Source: Octopus sinensis (Eukaryota). From it: a stretch of DNA of 64,000 nucleotides. The first letter of the stretch is position 1. Each line of letters opens with the position of its first letter. Under the pieces are notes generated by a model. The model saw nothing but the letters and a program-made list of their open reading frames with translations. It was not told where the DNA came from and ran no database searches. The translations under genes and the position numbers were made by a program. Positions 1-12,067 of this stretch are shown in pieces. The stretch is from contig NC_042998.1 in NCBI RefSeq assembly GCF_006345805.1, positions 171,740,001-171,804,000 of the forward strand. Reading direction: 5' to 3'.

Positions 1-1079
1 TGATATCACACTCACAAGTTTCATTTTGATGTGATTTTCCTTGACTGGATGTCCTTCCAAACATCAACTATTTTACAGAATGTACTAGGTGCACTTTTCT
101 TTAATTTGGAGGGAGGGCACCAACGCTAAGGAAGTTGTTATGTTTTCAACAAGATCAACCCCTGGATTTAACAGAGTGTACTGAATTACTTTATTATGGT
201 ATCAGCACCAAAGAAAACAGGGGTAAAAGAATGATGGATAGAAAGATGAAAAATGGATGTCAATACCAAATGCACAGTGGGTAGTATTGGTAAAGTGTTT
301 GAAGTACATCTAGCCCTTAAGGATATGCTTCAAGATGGTGAGAGTGTGAGGAATGACAAGGATGAGAAAGGGAGGAGCAGAGTATTGGAGAGGCTAGTGG
401 ACTGATAGAAGAAGAGGTCAGATCGGTCCTGTGACATTCCTAGATACAGAAAGCAGCAGAGCCAGCAACAAAGGTAGATTTTGGAGTCTCCTGTTGCAAT
501 AGTATCAGTATTCATGCCACCAGCTACAGCTGTGGGGATAGCTAAAAGGATCTCCTCATCTTCAATCCTAAAAACCAACAATCAAGAAGTCATCAACCAG
601 AATGCCAAGGAATTCCTTATCAGTAGAGTCATTCTCATTGTCTTGCATGAAAAGATGAAATCAAATGAAAACAGGTAATAAACAGGGGATAAACTACAGA
701 GGACAGTGGAAAAAGAAAAGAAAATAGGCCCCAGAAAAGTGGGGGAAAAATCTATGAAGAAAGTGAAAAATACATTCCCTAACAATGAATATAAAACTTT
801 TTCATATATTCATTTTACTATTTTCATTGCATAAATCCTGTTATACAGATTCTCCAGCACCTGTGTGTCCATATCAGTATATTTGTTTCATCAGTATTTT
901 CATTACACTAATAACTTTAATTTTTATCATACTTTTTCCAACCCATGCCAACTTGAAAAATGGACATTAAATGACGATGATGATGATGATTTTTATTCTA
1001 CTGTCAAAAATTTAGAGAAATGTTAGCTGAAACATTTGACAAAAGGGAGGAGATAGAGATGTACTGGACAGAGGACAAC

Positions 1080-2260
1080 TAGAAGTCCTTATGGGAAAAC
1101 TCACTAAGGAATGCCATGAAAATCTGTGTGATATGGTAGCGGAACAGTGAGGTAGAAGAAATAAAAGCTAAGAGACAGGCTTGAAACACTGAAATAATGC
1201 TTCTAGTCTTTTCATGTCAGTTTCTTTGTATCATGCTTCCTGTACAAGAGGAGAAACTGAAAGTAAGATATTTGTCAATGTTCCAGAGCAAGAGAAGTAG
1301 AAGGGTGAGGTGATCATGTTTGCAAGATGTGGAGTATTCAGACAGTTAGAGTTAGAAGTGTGTATGGATGGGTACTGGCACACATGTACTTAGGGATTTT
1401 GAAACAAAAATTTATGGAAGTGAAACTGTGAAAGATTACTAAAGGAGTAGAATGCATGGAAGAAAGAAGGTTTTGCCAATATTGATCCAACAGAGGGAGC
1501 AGCTATTATAATAGAAAGTAACATGACAGATAAGCAATTGAGGATATAAAAGCAAAGAAAACCCCTAGTCTGTTAGGAATAACTATAGAGATGATGTTTG
1601 AAATACCATGTCTAGTAGTATGTGGCATGGTCACTGTGTAGTCACTCTCATTGTAAAGTAAGGTATCATACCCAATAACTGGTGTGACAGTATCATAGTT
1701 ACAAAGGCCTTAGGGAGAAGTAATTCCAAAAATATCAAATAGCTAGACAAGGTCATGAAAGTTAGAACACTTAATAACAGAAAGAGTCAACAAAAGTGAT
1801 ATGCTGTTCAATTTTGTGGAAGGAACACAAAACTACTGTTGCTCTCTTAGTAAGGCAACTGTAACAGAAGTATCTAGATAAAAGTGAATTAATGTATTCA
1901 GCATTCATTGACCTAGAGAAAACCTTTGATTGGGTCCCTTGCTCTGTGAGCTGAGGTGTTGCTGAAATAGCTAGGAGTGGACAAATGACATGAGAGAGCC
2001 ATGTAAGCTATGTACAGAGTAGCTATCATTAAGGTGAGAATTAGCAATGAACAATACACCAAATTAAGTGTGCACATAGGGGTCCACTAGTGCTCAGTTA
2101 TTTGTCCCCTACTGTTCATTATGATCCTTCAAGCTATGACAGAGGAGTTTAAGATGGGATATCTGTGGCAACTTCTATATGTTGATGACCTCTTCTAGTA
2201 ACTGAATTTGTTGTAGAATTAGAAAGGAAATTCCAGGTATGAAAGCAAAACCTGGAACCA
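1080..2260 (+). mobile_element. Decayed RTE-clade LINE, RT region
   Basis: Broken translation gives FIDLEKTFDWVP...LFIMILQAMTEEFKMGYLWQLLYVDD (about 1905-2190), homologous to the better preserved copies at 27040-27378 and 29615-30196. Confidence 0.85.
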
Positions 2261-2353
2261 CAAAAGAGCACAGGATAACTTCAAAAATGTTTCTCTTTAA
2301 TTTCTATTTTTTTTTGCTTAATAAGCTAGAAAAATTATGTAACAAGCACTCAC

Positions 2354-2397
2354 CTTATTTGATTTAACTCCAAATACAATAAAACAGAAAAAGCCAT
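2354..2397 (-). CDS. Possible 44-nt internal exon (xGFFCFIVFGVKSNK)
   Basis: Minus strand ttttttaaactttag|exon|gtgagt with an open hydrophobic frame. Splice signals only, so chance is not excluded. Confidence 0.2.
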
Positions 2398-2515
2398 CTA
2401 AAGTTTAAAAAATAAAGCATATAAGGTAATCCATAACTGAAAAGATGTCTTGACAAAATTCAAATATCATAATAATAATAGTAATAATAATAATAATAAT
2501 GATGATGATGATAAT

Positions 2516-2722
2516 GGTTTCAAATTTTGGCCAGCAGTTTTTGAGGAGAAGAAGTTGATTATGACTACTTCAGTTCCAGACTGGTACTATTTTTTTTATT
2601 GACCCCAAAGGGATGGAAGACAACATTGACCTTTTAAGAATTTGAAATCAAAATGTAAAGACATACAAGATGTCGCTAAGCATTTAGCCTGACATGCTAA
2701 CAGTTCCACCAGTCCACTGCCT
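2516..2722 (-). mobile_element. tRNA-head SINE, (TAT)n-tail variant
   Basis: Reverse complement matches the gagctggcagaa...gcttagc...gaccccagt family seen at 5435-5625, 60477-60695 and 61605-61830. Confidence 0.7.
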
Positions 2723-2732
2723 TAATAATAGC

Positions 2733-2776
<44 letters not shown>

Positions 2777-2778
2777 TA

Positions 2779-2828
<50 letters not shown>

Positions 2829-2834
2829 CAAGCA

Positions 2835-3048
2835 CCATAGTCATGTATTGAGAGGAATTCTTTGGGGTTTGAATAATTAACCTGTGGAAAAAGTGGTGCA
2901 TTTTGTTCATCATCCTTAAACAAACCTTATTCAGAGACCTTTTGAGTGGGATGGACAACTCAAAAATAAAAAAAAACTTCTATCTGGGCCCCCACCTGCA
3001 AGGTCATGTGCTGTTTATCTTGATATGAGATCACCATGTTGCGCATAC
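2835..3048 (+). mobile_element. Partial copy of a ~560 bp (AAT)n-associated non-coding retroposon
   Basis: gtcatgtattgagaggaattctttgggg...ctgggcccccacctgcaaggtcatgtgctg, homologous to 4207-4765 and 27365-27905. Confidence 0.85.
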
Positions 3049-3335
3049 CATCAAAGAGACACTGGGGTAAAATATACGCAGCCCATTATACCCATCATGA
3101 CTACCCATCTGATAAGGGTACACTAGGCACATGCATAATCAACCATATGTGTACAACATGGTGATCTCATATCAAGATAAACAGCACACGACCTTGCAGG
3201 TGGGGCCCAGTTAGAATTTTCTTCTGGTTGAGTAACCCATCATGCTCAAAGGATCTCTGAATAAGGGTTGTTTAAGGATGTTGAACGGAACACCCATGTT
3301 TCCAGAGGTGAATGCACTGCTTTCTCACTCAATAA
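3049..3335. mobile_element. Copy of the same retroposon with an inverted 5' part
   Basis: 3049-3312 is reverse-complement element sequence. It is followed by the forward 3' end (gcactgctttctcactc) and an AAT/AAC tail. Confidence 0.85.
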
Positions 3336-3389
3336 TGATAATAACAACAACAACAACAACTCAATAATAATAATAATCTAAATGTAGGG

Positions 3390-4165
3390 CTACAGGATGC
3401 CATGATAAAACAATGGTAAGAAAAGCACCTGCATGGTCAGTTCTGGAAATAGCTGAAAAGAGTGGAAATAAATCGAGAAGCAGAGACCCCAACACTAACC
3501 CTAACCCCACCAGAAACCCACAAAGCATATCATGAAGCAATAAAAGACTACAGCCTATATGGAAATGGGGAAATAAGAAACAATTGAGTCAAGAGAGAAT
3601 ATAACCACAGGTATGACGGAGTTAAGACTCACATAACAAGTTATGCCAGCATTATGAAATACCAACATTAAAGAAATAGTACTGATACACCAGAAAATAT
3701 TTCAGCAAATGAGAAAGCAATCATACTCTGGGATATAGATACATAGACAGACTGTGAGATCAAAGCTAATTGACCAGATATTGTTATCAAGGACAGAAGG
3801 AAAAGAAATGCCTTATATTTGAAGTATATTAACAGATGAAAAAATAGATTATTCCATTTACAAGGATCTGGAAATAGAGATACTTTCCTGTCAATAAAGG
3901 AAAAAAACCTGAAACCATCCCTACAATAACATGCATCTTGAAATGAACAAAATTATAATAAATATGCAAATACATAATTATAATACCAGGACTTATCATT
4001 ATGTACAACATACAGAAAGAAGCACCTCAAGGCACAATGCTTATTACTCAGAATGATTTTAATACAACATAAAAAACAAAATATAAAAATGCAACAGAAC
4101 ACTCTACATACGGCTGTGTTGAGTAGAGTTTGAAACATGCATTAGCAATAAAACTATGATTAATG

Positions 4166-4170
<5 letters not shown>
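3390..4170 (+). mobile_element. 3' end of a Dong/R4-like RLE LINE (pseudogenised)
   Basis: Broken peptides W*EKHLHGQF, YNHRYDGV, ENISANEKAIILWD..TDCEIKAN*PDIVIKD (PD-type restriction-like endonuclease) and NIQKEAPQGT, then a short 3'UTR and an (AAT)n tail. Confidence 0.8.
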
Positions 4171-4199
<29 letters not shown>

Positions 4200-4206
4200 T
4201 AATAAT

Positions 4207-4765
4207 GCCTTAATGCAGTACCCGGCACTGGTTGTCATGGCTTCTGATCTTAACTGAGTGGAAGTGTTATCATGTACATTGTTTTGTCTTGGTATAGAAA
4301 GATGGGCTACAGTAAATATTCGGCTGAATACCACAAATTTGCTTGCCAGTTGCTTGACCATAACCAGTTGAGCATGTCCCTTAGTGGCTGACGATATGTG
4401 CATCTCTGATCACAAGCAGAAGTAGTTGGCAATCACCATAGTCATATGTTGAGAGGAATTTTTGGGGGTTTGAATAATTAACCCATGGAAAAGTGGAGTG
4501 TTTTGCTCATCATCCTTAAACAAGCCTTATTCAGGGACCTTTTGAGTGGGATGGACAACTCAAAATGAAGAAAATTCTATCTGGGTCCCCACCTGCAAGG
4601 TCATGTGCTGTTTATCTTGATATGAGATCACCATGTTGTGCACATATGGTTGTGATGCATGTGCCTGGTGTACCCTTATCAGACGGGTAGTCATGATAGG
4701 TATATTGGGTTTTGTATATTTGTAGCCCAGTGTCACTTTGACGGCAAGCACTGCTTTTTCATTCA
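4207..4765 (+). mobile_element. Near full-length (AAT)n-associated non-coding retroposon
   Basis: Starts gccttaatgcagtacc inside an AAT array and ends gcactgctttttcattc before an ATT/AAT array. Five full or partial copies in the window. Confidence 0.85.
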
Positions 4766-4770
4766 TTCAT

Positions 4771-4803
<33 letters not shown>

Positions 4804-4865
4804 ATAATAATAATAATAATAATAATAATGATAATAATAATAATAATAAACAATGATAATAATGA

Positions 4866-5365
4866 TTTCTTTTATTGGGTACAAGGACCCAAAACATGGA
4901 GGACAATATAAAAAAAAATTATTAAAACATGTGGGGTTAATATCAATCAAGGAGAGATACTACCACATTAAAGGATATAACGGAGGATATATAAACAGAA
5001 GTTAGAGAAATAAACAATTAATAAACAAATAGAATCCTCAAAAGTGGGGCAGTCCACTTAGGGGAATCCAGGGTAAATCCCAGATTACTCTGCCATCTCC
5101 AAGGTATGGGAAAGTTCCATCTTCCAGTTTCTTTCCTCCTGCTTAGAAAAGCATACTCAGAATAGATTCATTCAGTCTCACCAGTCTTACCATTGTCAAC
5201 CACCTTTTGATAAACACACTAGAAGGCAGCACCTCCCTCTCTGCCCTCACCTTCCTCTTTAAATGATATCTGAAGAAATTGATGAGGGCTTGACCAGATA
5301 GGAATGTGCCTGTCTTCAAACCTTTCGGATGGGTCCACCTCACAACCTCTTTTGCCACAGCCATT
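4866..5365 (-). mobile_element. 3' end of a Tx1/L1-clade LINE
   Basis: ORF 5143-5442 contains VAKEVVRWTHPKGL...LINFFRYHLKRKVRAEREVL...FIKRW, resembling Tx1 ORF2 C-termini. The 3'UTR ends ccttgtacccaataaaagaaat. Confidence 0.65.
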
Positions 5366-5377
5366 AATTTATTACTA

Positions 5378-5409
<32 letters not shown>

Positions 5410-5625
5410 GTTGTTATCATTATTTTTTTCTACTATAGGCATAAGGCCTGAAATTTTGGGGAAGGGGGCTAGTCAATTATAGCAACCCCAGTATTTGACT
5501 GGTACTTATTTTATTGATTCTGAAAGGACAAACTCAGTGAAATTGAAACTCAGAATGTAAGGAATCAGAAGAAATACTGCTCAGCATTTTGTCTGTCATG
5601 GTAATGATTCTGTTAGCTTGTTGCC

Positions 5626-5702
<77 letters not shown>

Positions 5703-8700
5703 CCTTTCTGCTAAAGGCACAAGATTTGAAATTTTTGGAGAGGGCACTAGTCATGTGCCTGATTGTGATATGTGTTGCATGTACCATTATCAGACAGGTA
5801 GTAATGATGGGTATACTGGGCTTCGTATATTTTACCCCAGTGTCACTGCTCTCTCACTCAATAATAATAATAATCTAGCAGTTTGATGAGAGGGCTTAGA
5901 CAACACCCACAACTGCAGTACTAACACCTACAACTGCAGTACTAACACCTACAACTCCTCAGAAGGAAGAGAAGCAAATGTGACATTAGGCAAAATTTGA
6001 ACTGAGAACATAAAGAACTAGAAGAAATACTACAAGTTGCTTTTTCCACCACTCTAACAATTCTGACCAATAATAATTAAAAATACAAGTCTGCTCTATG
6101 AAGCCGGTAGGGAGAGGTAGCTTTCATTAATATACCTCTGACCCAATAGATTGGATTCAAGGCTAATATATCACAGATAACTTTTCCCATAGGTGTTGGT
6201 ACTTTTCTCTGACAGCTTGTTATTCAGAGGCATAACGAGTATCATGTGCAAGCCATGGACACAATGTAATACTGGTTATAGGATATAAAACTATCAACTC
6301 ATTGATGAACAAGTGATGAACATCTATCAACTGTACCTTGATGAAATGGCAGAGTTGCTACAGGGTAGGGTTAAAATGCCTTGTGATATTTCTCCTGACT
6401 CTATGTGCCCTGTGTTCCAATCCTGTCAACTTTGCTTTCATTCTTGAGGGTTGATGAAATAAAGTATCCATCCAGAGCACTGGATTGGCTGGATTGTTAG
6501 AGTGTTGTTCTTGGATGGTGAGCTTAATCCATTACTAGAACTACTTAATTCTTGGGTGCCTTCAGTAAAGTACATTCTGTTGTAAGCATTCTGTTTAGGT
6601 CTCTGGTTTGAGAAGTTCTCTTCTTCTCATCAGTTTCAGAGATCTGGAAAAAATGAAGGGTCATGGAAAGCATATTGCCCCTTCTCTGGGGTTGATAAAA
6701 TAAGTACTGGTCTATTTAATAACACCAGGAGTGATGCCATCAAGTATTCTCTATTAGATGGCACCTCAGCACGGCAAGAGTCCATTGACTGAAACCAGTA
6801 ATAGAATAAAAAAACCTGGACATTTGCTGGAATTTGTGTTTTATAACTTCTCATTCAACAGAAATACATCTAAAGAGGTAAGTGATGTACTAGTGAGGAC
6901 CCAACTCCATTTAAGTTGTTCTCTTGAAAGGATTTGAAGTCAATATGTGAACAGTACTCCTCCTAGATATGACAATAAGATGCACTGATACAGTATCTAT
7001 TTATATCTTTGTGGATTAGCCAGGAAAGCTAAGTATGTTAACAGACATAAAATGCTAGTGAAGGAAAGTGAACCACCAACCCTTTGGTATACACATGAAA
7101 AATACCTAATAAAGTTGCCAGTTGTGTCCTTAACATATTCATTGTTTGCTTCCAATTGAACTTGTTTTTATTTTTTCTTTACAAAGCACAAAACTATTTT
7201 AATATGGTACCAGTAAAGGACCCTCAGAATGTTATAAATATTTTCTTTGTTAATACAGATGACAGTTTCATTTCTGAATATAACATAGACCTATTTTTAT
7301 TTTCTAATCCTACATTCATCGTTTTATATCTTACAATACTTTTTTCTATTACTTTCATATGTCTTCTTGCTGCTTCATAGTGTTTTCTATTTATTTTAAT
7401 GTAGATTATTTTCAAAGAAGATATTTTACTGTTTTATATTTGAAGTTTGAGCAGCAGCTACTTTTGCAAAACACTCAAAGAAACTATGTGATTAGAATTC
7501 CTAGGACCATTTCACGATCATGTTGTTCTGTTCTTATTTTTATTGCAAAACAAAACAAATCAACTACAACTACTAACCACAACAAAAACTTGAGTAAATA
7601 TTTTAGCTGACAAATACTAAATATAAAGCCATACATATTTTAGCATATCTATGGACATATGGATCAAGCACATTAACAATAATATTATTGGTTAGAATAC
7701 TTCTTAGTATTCTAGTATATAAACTGACATAAAAGAAATCTGTATGTAGTGAGAATTTGTTACATATATGGTATATGCCATTAAGTCAGGGCTACCCCTG
7801 ATTATACTGCAGAAAAAGTAGAATTTTTAAAACTGCAATCTCCCCATACACTTTTTCAGGCTCTACACATCCTAACTCTCTGTTCTCTGTTTCCACTTCT
7901 ATTCTCCTTCTTGTAACTTCAAGGTCAATCCTGACACTGTTTTATCTCTCATTTCAGCTCCACCCTGGTCACTCACTCTCACTTTTCTATTATGTGAGTA
8001 ACCATGTAAGCTCCTCTACAGCAAGAAATATGCTTAGTTCTGACACTCTTCTTTATGCTGATATATTATATATATATATGTATCAGCATATTATATATAT
8101 ACCGATGCCTTCAGCTTAGAAACAAAAAAAATATAGCTTAGCCAGAGGAGAAATGGCAGCCCCCATGAACAACTTCTTACAGAACTTTTGACATCAAGGT
8201 ATGGAAACGAAAGACAAAGATCCTTACTCATAGGTTATTATGGTAGGAAGCAACTCATCTACATGTCTAGTTTTTCTTGAATTAGAAACCTGGTTCAAAT
8301 GCTTGCAACAGAGCCGATATGCTAAATGTATCCAAGGTCCACATGGAGATGTTAAACTAGGTGACACTGTGATATAATAGAAAACATGGTTGACACAGTG
8401 GAATCAAACCTGAAGCCATCTGATTGTGAAGTGTACTTTTTAACTACATGCTCATACTTGTACTCAATGAAAATATTTATAATCCATTTCATTGCCTTAG
8501 TTTATACCAAGTTAACTTTATCATAAGTGCCAGAAATAGTCTTTCAAGGTGATACCCCAGTATGGCTACAATCTAATGACTGAGACCAGTAAAAGACTAA
8601 ATGAATGTCATCATCACCATTTTCATTGTTTTAACGTCCACTTTTCCATGCTTGCATAGGTTGAATAGAGTTTATTGAAGCAGATTTTCTATGGCTTAAT

Positions 8701-8889
8701 GCCTTTCCTGTCACCAACTCTCTCCTGTTTCAAAGTAAGGTAATATTTCTCCATAGTGAAACATGCTTATGCAGGATATTGGAAATTAATGACACTGCTT
8801 TTGACAGTGACATTCATTTACAGTTGACACAATGCCAAGACAAGAAGACACTCAGATGTATACACATACATACATCTCTCTCTCTCTTT

Positions 8890-9055
8890 CTCTCCACACA
8901 CACACACACACAGTGGGCTTCTTTCAGTTTCCATCAACCAAATCCACTCAGAAGGTTTTGGTTGGCCTGAGGCTACAGTAGAAGATACTTGTTCAAGGTG
9001 TCATGAAATTGTACCCATAACCACGTGGCTGGGAAACAAACTTCTCAACCACATA
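8890..9055 (-). mobile_element. tRNA-derived SINE 5' half, locally duplicated at 9300-9425
   Basis: gggcttctttcagtttcc...ccaaatccactc...ggctacagtagaaga...aaccacatagccac is homologous to 20510-20636. Confidence 0.8.
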
Positions 9056-9073
9056 GCCACACCATTCATATAT

Positions 9074-9300
9074 ACTTGACACAGCAGTTGTGGGCTGAAA
9101 GAGGCTTTGTGGAAGGCCCTGCACCTCATGGCTGGACATGATTAAGGAAGATTTCTAGAGGCTCAATGTCCCCTTGGAGGATGCAGAGTGGCTGGCATGT
9201 GACCACCAGTGATGGAGAGCACTGGTGGACCTGGTCAACTCTACACATGATGATGTCTCTTGGAACATTAACCTGGGATGACCCCCCCAACCCCATCTTT
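9074..9300 (+). mobile_element. LINE ORF 3' end fragment, with an inverted copy at 9680-9905
   Basis: Translates G*KRLCGRPCTSWLDMIKEDF*RLNVPLEDAEWLACDHQ*WRALV, an RTE/CR1-like C-terminal motif. Confidence 0.75.
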
Positions 9301-10059
9301 CTCTCTCTCCACACACACAATGGGCTTCTTTCAGTTTCCATTAACTAAATCCATTCAGAAGGTTTTGGTTGGCCTGAGGCTACAGTAAAAGATACTTGTT
9401 CAAGGTGCCATGAAATTGTACCCATATGCATGAAAAATCCACTGGAAGATAAACAGTAAGTAATTTACACAAAGCTGGGCAGAGTTTGAATTTTAGAGCT
9501 AAATGCAGGTATTGCCAGTTCATTAGTACAAAAAAAAATTATGCTTTAAAGACTCACTTGTTTATGTTGATATAACATATTATCTATAGACAATTCCTGT
9601 ATGTATGAAAGGGAATGTATTTTATAACAATAGTTTTAAGCAAATGGATCAAAATACCACTTTACTTCATGTTCTTGCTTGATGGGGCTGGGGGTCATCC
9701 CAGGTTATTGTGTTCCAAGAGACATCATTATGTGTAGAGCTGACCAGGTCCACCAGTGCTCTCCATCACTGGCAGTCCCATGCCAGCCACTCTGCATCCT
9801 CCAAGGTGACATTGAGCCTCTAGAGATCTTCCTTAATCATGTCCAGCCATGAGGTGCAGGGCCTGCCACAAAGCCTCTTTCTGCCCACAACTGCTGTGTC
9901 AAGTGAGAGTAAAGCCATGGTATTTTCAGTGGGTGCAAGTACGACTTACCAATTAATTTGAGCTGTAGGGATATTAAACACAGGTCATAAATTCAAACTT
10001 TACCCTAGGCAGTGCATTATATTCCAGAGAATATTTATGGTTTACCAACAGCCTGAGAA

Positions 10060-10388
10060 CCCCTTCGGTCACGACACTGACCATGGGATTGCACCTAGAA
10101 AGTTACCCTCCCAGGCCCAAGTCCAAGCAAGGTTGTTTATGGAAGACCAGCAGTCACCCATGCATACCGGCCTCCCCTCTCCATGCCACCAGTGTTATCC
10201 AAGGGAAAGGCAACAGCCGATACAACTTGGCACCTGTGACGTCGCAACTCATTTCTACAGCTGAGTGAACTGGACCAACATGAAATAAAGTGTCTTGCTC
10301 AAGAACACAACACACAGCCCGGTCTGGGATTCGAGCTCACAACCTCATGAGCGTAAGCTCGACGCTCTAACCACTGAGCCATGTCCCT
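10060..10388 (-). mobile_element. tRNA-derived SINE with CORE/V-like central domain
   Basis: Reverse complement of 23263-23600: A/B-box-like head ggctcagtggttagagcg...tcgaatcc, then gtgttcttgagcaagacacttta. Confidence 0.85.
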
Positions 10389-11052
10389 TCACTACCAACA
10401 GCAATATGTGGTTAATATAAGAAAAGACATTCAGTTAAAAAGACAATTACTTTGTCACAAAAGAAACCAAAAAAACATTTAACCCGCATTACAGTTGAAA
10501 AATATTTATAAAACAGCAACAAAATATAAATAAACAACTAAATAATGAATGCCTACTTATATAGATATGGGTCTGCAACAGGCAAGCTATTATATCAAGC
10601 ATGGCTGCAAGCTAAGTTGAATTGTATCTAATGAGATAATGTAAGCAATATGATCCAGGGGTTGAATATTTAAGCACTCCCTCTTAGCAAAAATAGACAA
10701 AAAAAGTTTATATTCTTTTTACTTAGATTCCAGTTGTAAGTCCCATAACCCCTTGGATCAGACATAAATTTATAACACCATATGTAGCGTATTTAAAATA
10801 AGTCACTCTGTTGCAGCTCATCTTTTCCCCAAGATATAACCGTAGCAGGAGAGGAATTTAGCAGTTCAATAAATATAGCTTGATAAAATAATTATCAGAT
10901 TGAAATTAGTGGCCTATATGATCAATTAAACCCTTGAAGCATGTGCCCTGCCATGGCTATAATCAACTAACTGAAACTACTAAAAGAATAAAAGAACATA
11001 CACATATAGACATATATGGAATACATATATGCAAACACACAGATAAATAAAT

Positions 11053-11083
<31 letters not shown>

Positions 11084-12030
11084 TTAATATCTGTCCTCTA
11101 TGCTAGATTGAGTTTGAAGGTTTGACAGGATACAATATACTGGAGGACAGCAGCAAGTGTTCCAATGTCCATTATAGCATGGTCTCTATGGCTGGATACC
11201 ATTCCTAATGCCAACCACTTCACAGAGTGTAATGGGTACTTTTTCATGACACTGGCATAAGTGAGATTGCCAAATTATTCTCAAGATAAAAAAAAGCAAA
11301 GCAAAACCCTCAACTTAGTGGGGTTGCAATAGAGGTGTTTTATGCCAGGTGTTGGAAGACTAAAGTATGATAGAGGGACAGGTGAATATGGCTTGCTATA
11401 GAGGAGGTGCATGGCTACCTTGTATTATATATGGGTGGGAGTAACTGGAATGAAGACAATGATGGTGGTGATGAGTTGTCGGAGCAAATTCTAAAGATAC
11501 AAGAAAGTGAGTATCTGAGAGAATAAAGATGGAGAATTGGGAAGGGTGGGTGGATAAGTTTATTAGAGAGTAAGAAGAGAGTGACAGTTAGAGATGGGTG
11601 CAGAGGTGAATGTAATAACTGGAACCAAAGTGAAGTTGTGGTTGATGGTGGGTGGGGTGGGAGTGGGGGAGAAACAGTAGGCAATGATGAAAAAAATACA
11701 AATGACTCAAGAAAGAAGAGTGGAGAGCAGCAGAATAATAAACTTGTAGATAGATGAGAAAATATGTAGATGATGTGCAGGGTGGGAGAGAAGGGGAGGC
11801 AAGAGAGAGAGAGAGGGGGGGGAGAGATGTACAATGAAGATGGATGTCAGGTATATATGGGTGGCTATACTAAGCGGGACAAAAATGGATGAGGAGGCTG
11901 TGGATAGCAGACATTGGCAATTCTAAAATGTATTGCAAGCAGACACAGAAAGGGATGATTTGAGGAAAATAAAGTGAGAAAGGACGACACTCATATATAT
12001 ACACACGTTATAAATATAACAGAATCATAT

Positions 12031-12067
<37 letters not shown>

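Larger units (their letters stand above)
2470..5880. repeat. Cluster of (AAT)n/(ATT)n microsatellites separating retroelement insertions
   Basis: Arrays at about 2470-2510, 2725-2825, 4170-4206, 4780-4865, 5365-5420, 5625-5702 and 5860-5878. They produce the poly-L/poly-Y/poly-N ORFs. Confidence 0.95.

Noticed and set aside
330-678. Overlapping ORFs with an acidic patch (DNENDSTDKEFLG...IEDEEILL)
   Set aside because: Needs a frameshift to join; possibly a transposase relic but not identifiable.
2684-2958. Poly-Leu and poly-Tyr ORFs, and similar ORFs at 4104, 4659 and 58108
   Set aside because: Translations of (AAT)n arrays.
4385-4430. Hammerhead in the AAT retroposon (ctgacga)
   Set aside because: No GAAA after a stem II and no stem I or III pairing.
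6636-6790. Minus-strand exon SMDSCRAEVPSNREYL... after a strong acceptor
   Set aside because: No convincing donor or recognisable domain, and it cannot be linked to other exons.
11415-11834. 139-aa ORF, and similar ORFs at 37908-38506
   Set aside because: Skewed low-complexity sequence with no splice or domain support.
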